The notes under the pieces: generated by a model
The model's input: the letters and a program-made list of their open reading frames with translations, nothing else
Told to the model about the DNA's origin: nothing
Database searches by the model: none
Source: an uncultured Hormoscilla sp.
GTDB lineage: Bacteria > Cyanobacteriota > Cyanobacteriia > Cyanobacteriales > Desertifilaceae
Direction: 5' to 3'
NCBI GenBank assembly: GCA_963921275.4
Contig: OZ001293.3
Coordinates: 5,056,001 to 5,120,000, forward strand
DNA: 64,000 nucleotides
In this document: one piece after another, positions 1 through 11,555 of the stretch
How positions within the stretch are numbered: the stretch's first letter is position 1
Layout of the letters: every line of letters starts with the position of its first letter
Program-made: the position numbers and the translations under genes

Positions 1-1
1 G

Positions 2-3000
2 ATCGATGAAGCCCTAGCTGGCCACTGCTCCCATATCGAAGTAGATATCAATGCCGAGGGTTCTGTTACCGTCACAGATGATGGCCGGGGTATCCCCACA
101 GACATTCATCCCCGTACTGGCAAGTCGGCATTGGAAACGGTGATGACCGTACTCCACGCTGGCGGTAAGTTTGGTGGCGGTGGCTACAAGGTTTCCGGAG
201 GATTGCACGGTGTCGGGGTCTCGGTGGTGAATGCCCTGTCTGAATGGTTGGAAGCTACCGTTTGGCGATCGGGGCAGATCCATACCCAACGCTTTGAACG
301 GGGCATCCCCATCAAGGAACTTACTTCCCAACCCGATACAGAAACCCGCACTGGCACTTCCATCTCCTTCATGCCCGATATCCAAATCTTTACTACGGGC
401 ATCGAGTTCGATTACGATACCTTGGCCAGGCGCTTGCGGGAGTTGGCCTACTTGAACGCTGGGGTCAAAATTACCTTTAGCGATCGCCGACTGGAAGAAC
501 CACGGATCGAAAGCTATCAATACAATGGGGGCATTCAAGAATATGTTGCCTACATGAATCGGGAAAAGCAAGCCTTGCATGAGGAAATTATCTATATGCA
601 GGGAGAAAAAAATGATGTCCAGGTAGAAGTGGCTTTGCAGTGGTGCGTCGATGCCTATACGGACAATTTGCTGGGGTTTGCCAATAATATCCGCACTATT
701 GATGGCGGTACTCACCTGGAGGGGTTGAAGACTGTCCTGACTCGGACCATGAATTCGATCGCCCGCAAGCGCAATAAGCTGAAAGAAAATGAATCCAACC
801 TGAGTGGGGAGAATATCCGCGAAGGTTTAACAGGGGTAATTTCTGTCAAGGTGCCCGATCCGGAATTTGAAGGACAGACGAAAACCAAGCTGGGGAATAC
901 AGAAGTGCGGGGCATTGTTGATTCCCTCGTGGGAGAACGTCTCACTGAGTATCTGGAATTTAGCCCCGCTGTCGCCCATGGGATCTTAGAGAAGGCAATT
1001 CAAGCTTTTAATGCGGCAGAAGCGGCACGACGGGCCCGGGAATTAGTCCGCCGTAAATCAGTCTTAGAATCCTCTACTTTACCAGGTAAATTGGCTGATT
1101 GCAGCGAACGAAACCCCGCAGAAACAGAGATATTTCTGGTCGAAGGCGATAGCGCTGGCGGTTGTTTTTTTGGAGATACACTTGTAGCCTTGGCAGATGG
1201 GCGCTCTCTCAGCTTCAAAGACATTATTGCCGAACAAGCCCAAGGAAAAGAACATTTTTGCTATACCGTTCGCCCTAGCGGAAAAATCGCGATCGAACGC
1301 ATCATTAACCCCCGGATGACTAAGGCAAATGCTGAAGTCGTCCAAGTGACATTAGATAATGGGGAAACTCTAATATGCACTCCCGATCACCCGTTCATGT
1401 TGCGGGATAGCAGCTATAAACCAGCGGCATTGCTGACACCAGCAGATTCCCTCATGCCACTCTATCGCCAGCTCTCCCGCAAGCATGAAAACTGTTCGGG
1501 AATAGATGGCTACGAAATGGTTTGGAATACCCATCAGAATCAGTGGATTTATACACATCTGTTGGCGGATTTTTATAACCTCCGCAATAATGTATATCTG
1601 TCATCAGATGGCAATCATAGCCATCATGTCGATTTCAATAAACTCAACAACAACCCGACAAATATAAAACGGCTGCCTGCGGAGGAACACTTGGCCTTAC
1701 ATCGCGCTAACCTTGAATTCACCCTGCATCGTCCGGACGTGATAGAAAAAAGCCGCCAAGTTCACAGGAGTGAAGAGTTTCGTGCGATGATGAGCGAACG
1801 GATGCAGCAACCAGAAACGCGGAAAATTCTCTCGGAACAGGCTAAGGCCCAGTGGGAAGATGAAGCCTACAAAGCTTATATGCAAGGCAAGTGGCGCGAG
1901 TTTTATGAAGGCAATGAAACTTATCGGCAGGATTTGCACGATCGATTGTACCAAGCGCAGTTAGAGTATTGGAGTGATGAAGCAAACCGTATAACTCAAG
2001 CCGAACGGGTTCGCAACTACTATGCAAATAATCCCGAAGCACGGTCCGAACTTTCATCAATTGCCCAACAGCAATGGCAAGATGAAGAATTGTTGGAGTG
2101 GTGCTCTCAAAAGACACGGGAACAATGGACGCCAGAATTTCGGACCAAGCGTCGTGTTGCACTCAATGAAACATATTACCGCAAAACTATCGAGGCATTA
2201 AAAAAAGTTCACCGCCAGGAAGGTTATATGGATCTGGAACTGTACGCTCGTTACCGTCGCCAAACCCGAGACAAGTCTCTGTTGAAATTCCAGACGTTCT
2301 GCGATCGCTATTTTGCAGGGGATGACGTGCTAGCGCGTCAAGCAATTCGCAATTACAACCATCGCATTGTGTCCGTCGAACGGGTGGAAGAACGGGTGGA
2401 TGTTTACGACATCGAAGTTCCCCATACTCATAACTTCGCGCTAGCAAGTGGAGTGTTTGTCCATAATAGTGCTAAGCAAGGACGAGACAGGCGTTTTCAG
2501 GCCATTCTGCCTCTGCGGGGGAAAATTCTCAATATTGAGAAGACTGATGACGCGAAAATCTACAAGAACAATGAAATTCAGTCCTTGATTACAGCCCTAG
2601 GTTTGGGGATTAAGGGTGAGGAATTTGACCCGAATAATCTGCGCTATCATCGGATCGTGATCATGACGGACGCTGATGTAGATGGCGCGCACATCCGCAC
2701 CCTGTTGTTGACCTTTTTCTATCGCTATCAGCGGAATCTTGTCGATCGCGGCTATGTCTATATTGCCTGTCCTCCTCTCTATAAGGTGGAACGGGGACGC
2801 AATCATTTCTATTGCTATAGCGATCGGGAACTGCAAGAACGCCTCAAGGAGTTGCCCCAGAATGCCAATTATAACATTCAGCGGTTCAAAGGTTTGGGTG
2901 AAATGATGCCCCAACAGCTGTGGGATACTACTATGAACCCGGACACGAGGACCATGAAACGGGTGGAAATTGAAGATGCTGCTGAAGCTGACCGCATCTT

Positions 3001-3091
3001 TACGGTGCTGATGGGCGATCGGGTGGCCCCCCGCCGCGAATTTATCGAAACCTACGGACCCAAACTTAATCTGACTGATTTGGATATCTAA
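2..3091 (+). CDS. gyrB: DNA gyrase subunit B (5' end outside window), intein-containing
   Basis: IDEALAGHC at window start, LHAGGKFGGGGYKVSGGLHGVG, EGDSAGG/SAKQGRDR TOPRIM, MTDADVDGAHIRTLL, QRFKGLGEM. Confidence 0.97.
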   Translation: MDEALAGHCSHIEVDINAEGSVTVTDDGRGIPTDIHPRTGKSALETVMTVLHAGGKFGGGGYKVSGGLHGVGVSVVNALSEWLEATVWRSGQIHTQRFERGIPIKELTSQPDTETRTGTSISFMPDIQIFTTGIEFDYDTLARRLRELAYLNAGVKITFSDRRLEEPRIESYQYNGGIQEYVAYMNREKQALHEEIIYMQGEKNDVQVEVALQWCVDAYTDNLLGFANNIRTIDGGTHLEGLKTVLTRTMNSIARKRNKLKENESNLSGENIREGLTGVISVKVPDPEFEGQTKTKLGNTEVRGIVDSLVGERLTEYLEFSPAVAHGILEKAIQAFNAAEAARRARELVRRKSVLESSTLPGKLADCSERNPAETEIFLVEGDSAGGCFFGDTLVALADGRSLSFKDIIAEQAQGKEHFCYTVRPSGKIAIERIINPRMTKANAEVVQVTLDNGETLICTPDHPFMLRDSSYKPAALLTPADSLMPLYRQLSRKHENCSGIDGYEMVWNTHQNQWIYTHLLADFYNLRNNVYLSSDGNHSHHVDFNKLNNNPTNIKRLPAEEHLALHRANLEFTLHRPDVIEKSRQVHRSEEFRAMMSERMQQPETRKILSEQAKAQWEDEAYKAYMQGKWREFYEGNETYRQDLHDRLYQAQLEYWSDEANRITQAERVRNYYANNPEARSELSSIAQQQWQDEELLEWCSQKTREQWTPEFRTKRRVALNETYYRKTIEALKKVHRQEGYMDLELYARYRRQTRDKSLLKFQTFCDRYFAGDDVLARQAIRNYNHRIVSVERVEERVDVYDIEVPHTHNFALASGVFVHNSAKQGRDRRFQAILPLRGKILNIEKTDDAKIYKNNEIQSLITALGLGIKGEEFDPNNLRYHRIVIMTDADVDGAHIRTLLLTFFYRYQRNLVDRGYVYIACPPLYKVERGRNHFYCYSDRELQERLKELPQNANYNIQRFKGLGEMMPQQLWDTTMNPDTRTMKRVEIEDAAEADRIFTVLMGDRVAPRREFIETYGPKLNLTDLDI
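1163..2467 (+). mobile_element. GyrB intein (435 aa) with HNH-type endonuclease domain
   Basis: Starts with Cys (CFFGDTLV) right after EGDSAGG and ends VFVHN followed by Ser; internal HHVDFNKLNNNPTNI...EEHLALH HNH motif. Confidence 0.93.
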
Positions 3092-3118
3092 GATCCTGTT
3101 GGGCATCGATAGCAGCCC

Positions 3119-3151
3119 AGAAACCCGGTTTTCGGTAAAAACCGGGTTTCT
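3119..3151. terminator. Hairpin after gyrB (AGAAACC-type dispersed palindrome; possible terminator)
   Basis: AGAAACCCGGTTTT/AAAACCGGGTTTCT arms; related palindromes near 33021, 35896-35965 and 55113. Confidence 0.55.
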
Positions 3152-3381
3152 TATTCCAGCAGAGTAGTCCTGAAGACATCCGCAAAAAAAATCTTGCCTA
3201 GTTACGGAAGTATGATATATTATAATCCGAAAGGAATCGACTTGCGCACGAGTGGGAATTTGTTGTCATATTGGCTGCATGAAAAAGCTCAGTTTCCGAC
3301 CGTTCGCAGTATAGATATCGTAGTCTCGAAACAGCTACACCATTACCAATAAACTAGTACATCGTCCAATTTCCGAGTATT

Positions 3382-3669
3382 ATGGTCTGGAAACCGGGTT
3401 ACCAATTGCAAGGGGGGAAGTACATCATCGCCAAAAAGCTAGGCCGAGGCGGTTTTGGCATTACCTATCTAGCGTCAGAACCCACGGGAAAGCTGGTGGT
3501 GATTAAAACCCTCAATGCAAAAGTACAGCAGCGACCGGACCTCTTCCATAAATGTCAGCAAGACTTCCTGAATGAGGCCCTGCGTCTGGCAAAATGCTGT
3601 CATCGGCATATCGTGGGCGTGGATGAGTTAATCCAAGAGTCGGACCGCTGGTGTATGGTGATGGAATAA
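3382..3669 (+). pseudogene. Ser/Thr protein kinase N-terminal fragment, truncated by IS
   Basis: LGRGGFGITY and VVIKTLN kinase subdomains I-V; ends abruptly at a TA followed by an IS end. Confidence 0.85.
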
Positions 3670-5607
3670 GTAGTTGGACAAAATTAATTGCACAAAGTCT
3701 GCAAAACTTGTTATACTAGATATAGCTACTCGTACATGTAGCAGATTTTCGTGGCTACTAACAGGGAGTCTGTTTTCACGCTCATCTCTTGCACGATGTC
3801 TTTGTGATATATGACATTAAATGACTAAATTAATCGAAGGAGGGGTCTCCTGGACTTATGGTGATAAGTTTTTCTTATCATAGAAGCAAGCTAATAAACG
3901 TAAACGGAAGTTCTCAAAGTTTGTAAATCCGTATCCTTGACGCTTAATCAGCTTAAGAATATTGTTAATTCCTTCCATTACTCCACTTGTTGTATGACTA
4001 ATAAAATAATTACAAATTCCCGCAAGATGATTGTCAATCATCTGAGCTGATTTTTGATAAAAAAACTTAGCATACCATTTTTTTAATTGACCTTTAGCTG
4101 ATTTCAATGTTTTACTGGTTTCATAGATAGGACGAGGTTCTTCTTTTAGCTGATAAGCAATAGCGCTCCCGCTTGTGCTAAAATTACTTCTAGTTTTTCT
4201 TGGGCTTCAACATCAAGATTTGCACCGTTGCTTAACAATAAATATTTACTGCCTCTTTCTGTCACCCCGAGCTTGATGCGCAATTTGTTTAATTCACGAT
4301 TGACATGTTACATAACATGAAATCGAACTATTTGTGCATTTGGGAATATTTTTTCGACAACTAAGAGATAACCTTCCCACATATCTATGCTGACCTCTAC
4401 AACTCCTTCGCGGACCTCTAAGTCAAGCAAGGGTTTCAATTATTTGCCATAAGTTTATGAGAATTGATTACTTCTAATAAATCTCCTGTATCTAGATCGC
4501 TAATGACTGTTACAAAATCGCGTCGCGTAAACTAATCTCATCAAGACTCAAAGGTTTTGGCTGATCCCATTTTTTTTTACTGCTTGGCGCGCTCAATAAA
4601 TCAAATATACTTTGAACCTGAGTTTCAGTTAATTTTTCTTCCCGAGTAACTTGAAGAACTGTAGTTACTTTAACAGGTTCATATATATACTCCACTGGTT
4701 TGACGGCCAATCAATAAAGTCTAATTGCTCGTCAACATAATGTTGACAAGAAGAACAATCTCATTGTCGATGAGGGATTTTTAACTATACGGCTCGCCCC
4801 TGACAAATTATCAATTAAACTTTGACGTTCTTGATGCAGTTTTGTTGTAGTTTCTCCACATTGTATTTTTTTATTAAGCCAGGGAATTTGAAAATAGCTG
4901 ATATCATCAATGATAGAGCAACTTTCAACAGTTGCATGATCGTAAATTCAATAATTTATCGAGATTAAAATCCATTTCACTACTCAAAATGTAACACAGT
5001 ATACATTTTACACCAAAAACCCAGGAGAGCCCGAAGGAAGAATTGAGAATGATTTTAATGCGCGAAATCAATGAGCTTTCTGCAAAATTACTCTTATCAA
5101 TTTATCGTCTTAGTCGCCATCATCAAGTTCGTCAAAGAGCGTTTACTTTTGATCGAGCAAGGACAGAAAAAAGTTAAAGAACTTATGGAGATTTTTGATG
5201 TTAGTCGTAGAACTATATACAATTGGATTGGGGATTGGGATTCATCGGGGATGGTAGGACTATATAATAAGTCACCGAAGAGGTCGCAAGCAAAGCTTTA
5301 GTCTCGAACAAAAAGAACAAATTAAATTCTGGACTGAAGAAGAACCGAGACAAAAAAGTGGTGGCTAAAATTAAAGAATAATGGGTAATTTAAACAAGTT
5401 TTAAAACTGTTCAGATAATTTTGAAAACGATGGATATGAGTTGGAATCGGATGCGTAAAGGGGTAGCTGTCAGCCCGCCAAGAGTATGAGGAAAAAAAGC
5501 ACAACTTGAAGAACTGAAACGGTTAGACGATTTGGGGGAAATCAACTTGTATTATTTAGATGAAAGTGGATTTTATTTAATTCCTTGTGTGCCTTATGGA
5601 TGGCAAA
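3669..5607 (+). mobile_element. Degenerate IS630-family element (contains ISL3)
   Basis: Begins after TA (AGTAGTTGGACAAAATTAATT); frameshifted HTH (VSRRTIYNWI) and YLDESGF...PYGWQ DDE start at ~5050-5605. Confidence 0.7.
3843..5031 (-). mobile_element. Degenerate ISL3-family element
   Basis: Inverted ends GGGTCTCCTGG / GGCTCTCCTGG; flanking CGAAGGAG/CGAAGGAA 8-bp near-duplication; TTSGVMEGINNILKLIKRQGYGFTNFENFRLR. Confidence 0.85.
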
Positions 5608-5949
5608 ACAGATGGGGATGACTATCTGGTAGGAGGTTCCGGAGATGACTCTCTGGTAGGCGGCGATGGGGATGACACCTTGATCGGTGGCATTGTCTGC
5701 GATGGCGGTGACGGCAATGATATGCTCGTGGGTGGCTCTTTCAATGCTACCCTGATTGGTGGTGCTGGCATTGACGTTGTCTCCTTTGCAGAGTTCTCGG
5801 TCGGCATAGACATTGATCTTTCTCTGGGTATAGCTGTAGATATAGATGTCAACTTCACCAATAGCATCTCGGGATTTGAAGTAGTCATCGGTTCGGACTT
5901 TGACGATACCATAACTGTTGGTGCTTCTTCAGCCATCATAGCCAGTTAA
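5608..5949 (+). pseudogene. RTX/hemolysin-type calcium-binding repeat protein fragment
   Basis: GGSGDDSLVGGDGDDTL nonapeptide repeats; abuts the IS630 remnant. Confidence 0.7.
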
Positions 5950-7200
5950 AAAAAGTGCGGTTTCCGGGGTCGAGAGCTATTACCATATCGGAACCTGTCG
6001 TTAACTCCGGAACGTATTGTGGAAAGCAAGCGAACCACTTTCCCCGTTGATAGATTAACTCAGTCCCGTATACACAGTTAGCTGGTAGCTCGTAGCCTTT
6101 AGCTATTGTAAACTGTAGGTCGCCAATCTTAGAGCGGAACCACGTTCCGTTTCGATAAGCCGCATTCTTAAACTGAATAGCTTGGGACTTCTTTTTGCAA
6201 GAGCGAAATCTTAGGTAACACTTGCCATTATTAGTTTTGCGGGATTGACGACTAGCATTTTGAGCTTCACAACATTTTGAGCTTCACAAACAGCTTCTTG
6301 TCTGCTGTTACCTAGGCACTTTGTCCACTCATTAGCTGGTAAATTTTGCAACGGCTGTATGTACTGGTCTAAAGATTGCCCGAGTGAAAGCGAACGACTG
6401 TTATTGTAAAACTCTACGCATTGATTGTAAACCCAGCGACTGCTAGCCATTTTTTCCAAATAGCATGTAATTCCGGCTCTGGAAATAACGGTATTTTAAG
6501 GACGCTGTTCGGTCTGATGTTTTGGCTTATCTTGAATGGGTTATTCCCGTACTTTTTCGCTGATTTATTTTCTGTACTTTCGCAAACCGTAGAGCCAAGA
6601 ACTGAAACAGTGGACGGACGATCGACAAAATATCCAGAACAAGCTCTTGTTCTGGACTGAGTTGTTGCTCGTTGAGAACCACGAGTTGGACCGCATTGTA
6701 TTTGCATAACCACTCAACCAGTTCCCATCCAAATCGGCAGAGTCTATCGCGGTGGGCAACGACAAGCCGCTGGATATCCTGCTTGACAATTCGTTCCAGA
6801 ATGGCTTTAATTTTTCGCCGTCTAAAATTAAGCCCTCCTCCAATTTCAGAAATGAATTCCGCCTCTGGATAGTGGAGGCGCAGGTACTCAAGTTGTCGGC
6901 TCTTGCATCGTCACGTTGGGAATAACTTGATACCCTTGCATAGCAAACAGTTGTAGTTGGCAACTCGATGCCTGTAAATCTTTCAATTTCCCTTTTGAGG
7001 AAACGGCGCTGCTCACCTGGTGTCCTGTAAGATTGGATTTTTCCTTCTCGCTCCCATCTTCTGAGGGACTCTGGATGTACTCCCAGAAGGTTAGCTGCCT
7101 GGGCTGAAGTATAATACTCATGTTTCATTTATAATCGAGCAGCAAATGCTCGTTTCTTGTTGGATTACATTAGTTTCATTAGCTTTATATTTATAACTAT
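5950..7200 (-). mobile_element. IS607-family element remnant (serine transposase TnpA and TnpB fragments)
   Basis: 6565-7128 MerR-HTH plus VCYARVSS, frameshifted; downstream LKIPLFP...RWVYNQCV TnpB N-terminal fragments; boundaries approximate. Confidence 0.8.
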
Positions 7201-7359
7201 AGCCACAACCAAACTCCGCTGTGTTGAGCAAAAACACGTAAGTTAGAGAATATTTTTATTACCGCTCACGACCCTATCTTACTGATTTTTCGCCCAAATA
7301 TGAGAGATGTGTAGGTTTTTGGGTACTTAGTCGCAATTTCAAGGACTTGCTACCAGAGC

Positions 7360-7867
7360 CCATGTACTGTCCGAAGCGATCGGATCCACTGTAGCAGAGT
7401 CCAAGAGTCAGCCCCAGCAAGAGTCGGGAGATGCTGCTAAACAGCAGCATCGCGATCGGCTAATGTTGTTGCTGTTTGCTGGACCAGACAATCGACGCAT
7501 GGCAATTAGCCTGTCCCGGGTGGCCCGCTTAGAGGAGTTTCTCGGTCACGCCATCGAACGCACCGGTCACCAGGATGTCATCCAATATCGTAACCAAATT
7601 CTGCCCCTGATTTATCTGTCCGCCTGCTTTTTCACTGGCAGTTACAAGCCGATCCCGGCTACCGCAGATGATAAAATCCAGGTGGTCGTGGTGCATATGA
7701 ATGAAGAGAATATGGTAGGATTGGTGGTCGATCGCATCCTCGACATTGTCGAGCAAGAATATCCGTCAAAGGCGCCGCCACCCAAGAAGAAGTGCTTTAT
7801 TCGGCAGTCATTCAGGGTCGGGTCACTGAACTTATAGATGTCGAAGCTGTAATCCGAAATAATTTAG
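7360..7867 (+). pseudogene. CheW-domain C-terminal fragment of a chemotaxis protein (CheA/CheV-like), frameshifted
   Basis: RMAISLSRVARLEEF, VIQYRNQILPLIYL, VGLVVDRILDIVE. Confidence 0.7.
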
Positions 7868-7894
7868 TCGGTGTATACCATAAGTGCTAACAAA

Positions 7895-8326
7895 ATGGGT
7901 AAAGCAATAGAAATTATCTTAGTTGAAGACAACCCCGGGGATGTTTTTTTGACCCAAGCTGCCCTGGAAGATGCTAAGATTAATAATAATCTGCACGTAG
8001 CTGTAGATGGAAAAGAGGCTATCGCCTTTCTGTACCAACAGGGAGAGTATGGTGATGCGCCTCGTCCCGACGTTATCCTCCTGGACTTAAACTTGCCGAA
8101 AAAATCTGGTCGGGAAGTATTGGCGGAAATTAAGAATGACGATAATCTCAGGCGGATCCCAGTAGTTATTCTCACTAGCTCAAGTTCTGACCAAGACATC
8201 CTCAGAAGCTACAACCTCCACGCTAACTGCTACATCACTAAACCCATTGACCTAGAACAATTTGCTCATGTGGTTAAGTCGATTGAAAATTTTTGGTTCA
8301 AGATCGTCACCCTACCACGGCCATGA
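7895..8326 (+). CDS. Single-domain response regulator (Rcp1-like)
   Basis: [36 protein letters not shown]. Confidence 0.9.
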   Translation: MGKAIEIILVEDNPGDVFLTQAALEDAKINNNLHVAVDGKEAIAFLYQQGEYGDAPRPDVILLDLNLPKKSGREVLAEIKNDDNLRRIPVVILTSSSSDQDILRSYNLHANCYITKPIDLEQFAHVVKSIENFWFKIVTLPRP

Positions 8327-8333
8327 TAATATT

Positions 8334-9157
8334 GTGCGATTCGTTCCGGTGTAAACCAGTATGGTGAAAATCGGGTCTGGTTCCATTAGCCAGATAACTC
8401 TGGTAATCATGGGGGTTAAATTCCCCTCCCCCAGGTGCGGGGGTGACACCGGTCCTCGGTGCTGCGTGGCGACATCGACGTGGTGCTAAGCGAGGACTTA
8501 AATGTAGGATCGCTGGCAGCCTAAGCCGGTGACGCCGCTAGGAAAGATGCTAATGGTTAGAAGAAGCGAACCTATATAAGCCTCATCACATGGAAGCAGC
8601 GGAATAAGGCTAAAGCGCTGGCCCAAAAGGGAAATGGTAGTTGGTATTAGTGGTAGTATTTCACTAATAACTTACTCGAAGAACTCCCGGGGTAAAGTAG
8701 GGACCTAAAAGCATCGTGAAATGATATCAGGGAACGAAGTAACCCCTCGTTAGCTGTCCTCATTTGGACAAGTTAGATGTTAAGCGAAAGCAACGAGGGT
8801 AGGGATGTCCTAAGAAGCTAATGCTCGGAGTAATATTCGTAGATATGCTGACGTCGGACGGTGATCGTAGGAAATTTCAGGCTAAAGTACCTCTAATAAG
8901 CCTCGATACCAAGTTTAAGCTATGGTTGGATAACTGGTAAAACGGACCTAGAAAACGGTGAAACTAAAGGTTATCTGGCAGCGCCACTCACCGACCAGGA
9001 AAGGGGAGAAATTACATGAGATGAGGGAGAACGGGAGTAATCCCGAGTAATCCTATCAATGACAAGGCCTACTGCCCAGTAGCCGGGTGCGGTGAAAGTC
9101 GCAAGCCCGGTTCCGCTCTTGGAGGGTTGGGGAGTGATTCCCAGCTCGACCCCGACC
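8334..9157 (+). ncRNA. ORF-less group II intron (intergenic)
   Basis: GTGCGATTCG start; domain V AGCCGGGTGCGGTGAAAGTCGCAAGCCCGGTT; domain VI ending GACCCCGAC(C); EBS1 AGTATT pairs with exon AATATT; no RT ORF. Confidence 0.9.
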
Positions 9158-9900
9158 GACAATGGTTAGTTGTTGGGGTTCTTCTCAATCTAGTATGCTA
9201 AAATAGGTCTTGAAGTTGATGCGCCCGCTCAACGGGAGATCCTGAAAGCCGGAAAACCTTTCCCACCTTGACATTCAGCAACTATTTGTGGTATAATCTA
9301 GCTCTCTAGAAAAAACAGGAGAATTTATAAGATGCCACGCTCGAAAAAATACTAACAACATTGTTAAACATTCCAGAGGTGAAAGTTGTCGGGTATACCA
9401 AGACTCATTTAACAGAAGTGATGATGACAATTGAGGCAGAAAAAAAAGAAGCAATTTGCCCTAGATGTCATCAGAAAAGTCAGCGATTGCATCAGAACCA
9501 TCATTATTTAATTAAGGATTTACCCTGGGGAGAAAAAAAGTTTTTCATCAATCGCCGACAAGTGCGCTCGCTGTTTGAAACCGTGAGAAATTGTCATATG
9601 TAGAAGGTCGGCGTAAATATACGAAGAGACTGGGAGAACAAGTGGTTCGAGAAGTATTAAATGGGGATATTATTAATATAGCGCTTCGGTATGACTTAAA
9701 AGAATCTGAGGTTCAACAAATGCTATCGGGACAGGTGAAAATTGAACCGAACTAAAAAAGTTAGGGATCGATGAAATTGCGTTGGTAAAAGGGCAACGTA
9801 ATTATTTAGCTGTTTTAGCCGTGTCTCCTGGGAGCGCTATTCGCACTACCCAGGAGACACGGCGTGGACATTGAGAATAGCAAACTTCTGGAAATAGTTA

Positions 9901-10912
9901 ACTCAAGTTGCGACCTATAAAAATTGGATACAAAAAGCTATGATAAAGAGAATTATTTTCAACTCTAATCCCTTAGATGTAACAGCATGAATTGACTTGG
10001 GAAACAAATTGGTGATTCGACTAAAACAGGTTTCAACTTGTTTTCTTGTTACTTTTTGTATATATTCAAAACAAGAATATTCTTTTCTTTTTGAGTTCTT
10101 TTTTCGCAAAGGTTTTAACATTATACTTGACGACTCTTTTAGTAAATCCTCTAATTGATAATCATTATAAGCTTTATCTCCATAAACTATTGAATTTGAT
10201 GGTAAGTCAAAGCCAAAAGATTGCAAAACTTTAACATCATTATAACTACCAGGATCTAGATAAAATTCTATTGGCTTTCCATTTTTGTTTACCAACATAT
10301 GAACTCTTAATCCATAAAAATAACGTTTTTTACTGGCAATATACCCTCGATATTCTTCCTTGTTATAAATTTGGCATCTATCAATCCTAATATTATCACA
10401 TACTGGCACCGGAAAACTATCAAGAATATATTCTTGACCCGGATTGAGCTCTTTAAATGTTTGAGCTATAACTTGGAAGAAAAACATCCAAATTGGTTCG
10501 TCAATATTGTGTAATCGACGATTGAACCTACTTTTACTTAACAGATTTTTTATATACTTGTGTTGGACCATAAATTGACAAGAGCGATCGTGGTGTCCTC
10601 CGAAAAAATATGCAGCAACTAATCCGACTGTCATCACTTCGGCATTGTTCATTTTTACTTGTGGATCTTCTTTTATATTTAACGCTTTTAGTAGCTCGTC
10701 ACAAAGAACAAAAATTGTTGTAATCATATCTTCCATCATCTACATCCCCCAGCAATTAACTATTATTTTAGTACATTATAACCTATAAACAGCCAACCCG
10801 CCGTCTAGCACAAAAAAAATATAATTTTGTATCAAAAGCTACGAAATATCCTAAATATCTGTAAAGTCTAAGTGGGTAATTCATATTTTTTTTAATAGGT
10901 CGCAACTTAGGT
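9901..10912 (-). mobile_element. IS982-family element, apparently intact
   Basis: Inverted ends ACTCAAGTTGCGACCTAT / ATAGGTCGCAACTTAGGT, TAGTTA target duplication, 274-aa ORF. Confidence 0.9.
9915..10739 (-). CDS. IS982-family DDE transposase
   Basis: ILDSFPVPVC, GYIASKKRYFYGLRVH, YGDKAY, RKQVETCFS. Confidence 0.9.
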   Translation of the reverse strand: MMEDMITTIFVLCDELLKALNIKEDPQVKMNNAEVMTVGLVAAYFFGGHHDRSCQFMVQHKYIKNLLSKSRFNRRLHNIDEPIWMFFFQVIAQTFKELNPGQEYILDSFPVPVCDNIRIDRCQIYNKEEYRGYIASKKRYFYGLRVHMLVNKNGKPIEFYLDPGSYNDVKVLQSFGFDLPSNSIVYGDKAYNDYQLEDLLKESSSIMLKPLRKKNSKRKEYSCFEYIQKVTRKQVETCFSRITNLFPKSIHAVTSKGLELKIILFIIAFCIQFL

Positions 10913-11555
10913 TAGTTAAGTCTCGGCGACGATCTGCGAGAAGTCTTGCTATCATGGGATGTTGAATGCTATTGAAGAAGTGAGTATAGATATGTGGAAA
11001 CCGTATCAAAGTTTAGTGGAAGAATTGATGCCTAATGCTGAAGTTATAGCTGACCGTGTGACTAAGCAAGTAAATGAGGAATTAGATAATTGTCGAAAAC
11101 AAAAATGAAGCCCCAAAAATCAAGAAAGAGTCAGAAAAAAAATAATTATTATCGGGATTAAATAAAAATAAAAAATGAAGAAAATTTTAAAAAAACAATA
11201 AATTAAGCTGAAATAAATTCAAAAATAAATTACAAAATTGGGAAAAATGCACCGAGGATCAGCTACATATATGAGAGGTCCGAAAAGTCGAAAAATCCCA
11301 CCTTACAAATGAGCGATTGGCTTCTAGATGCAAAAGAATATTTTTCCGTGTGAGGACAATTATTAGATGGTTCGGAGAAATTGTCGGTTATTTTGAATCA
11401 GGGAAAACTCAAGGAACTGTGTCAGGAATAAATAACCGTCTCAAGTTAATTAAGCGTAGGGGATATGGGTTCAGAAATCTGGAAAATTTTTGCTTGCGTA
11501 GTCTACTTTCCTGGTGCTTTTAGCATCAATCTAGCATACTAGATTGAGAAGAGCC

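Larger units (their letters stand above)
9177..11555 (+). mobile_element. Degenerate ISL3-family element carrying IS982 and a mini-MITE
   Basis: 24-bp inverted ends GGTTCTTCTCAATCTAGTATGCTA / TAGCATACTAGATTGAGAAGAGCC; zinc finger CPRCHQKS, GIDEIA, GINNRLKLIKRRGYG fragments; no TSD. Confidence 0.85.

Noticed and set aside
14..945. Antisense ORFs over gyrB (and similar shadow ORFs throughout the window)
   Set aside because: They lie opposite well-supported genes and have no recognisable motifs.
5950..6560. Functional TnpB/omegaRNA system
   Set aside because: TnpB is frameshifted and truncated before the RuvC motifs, and no right end is visible.
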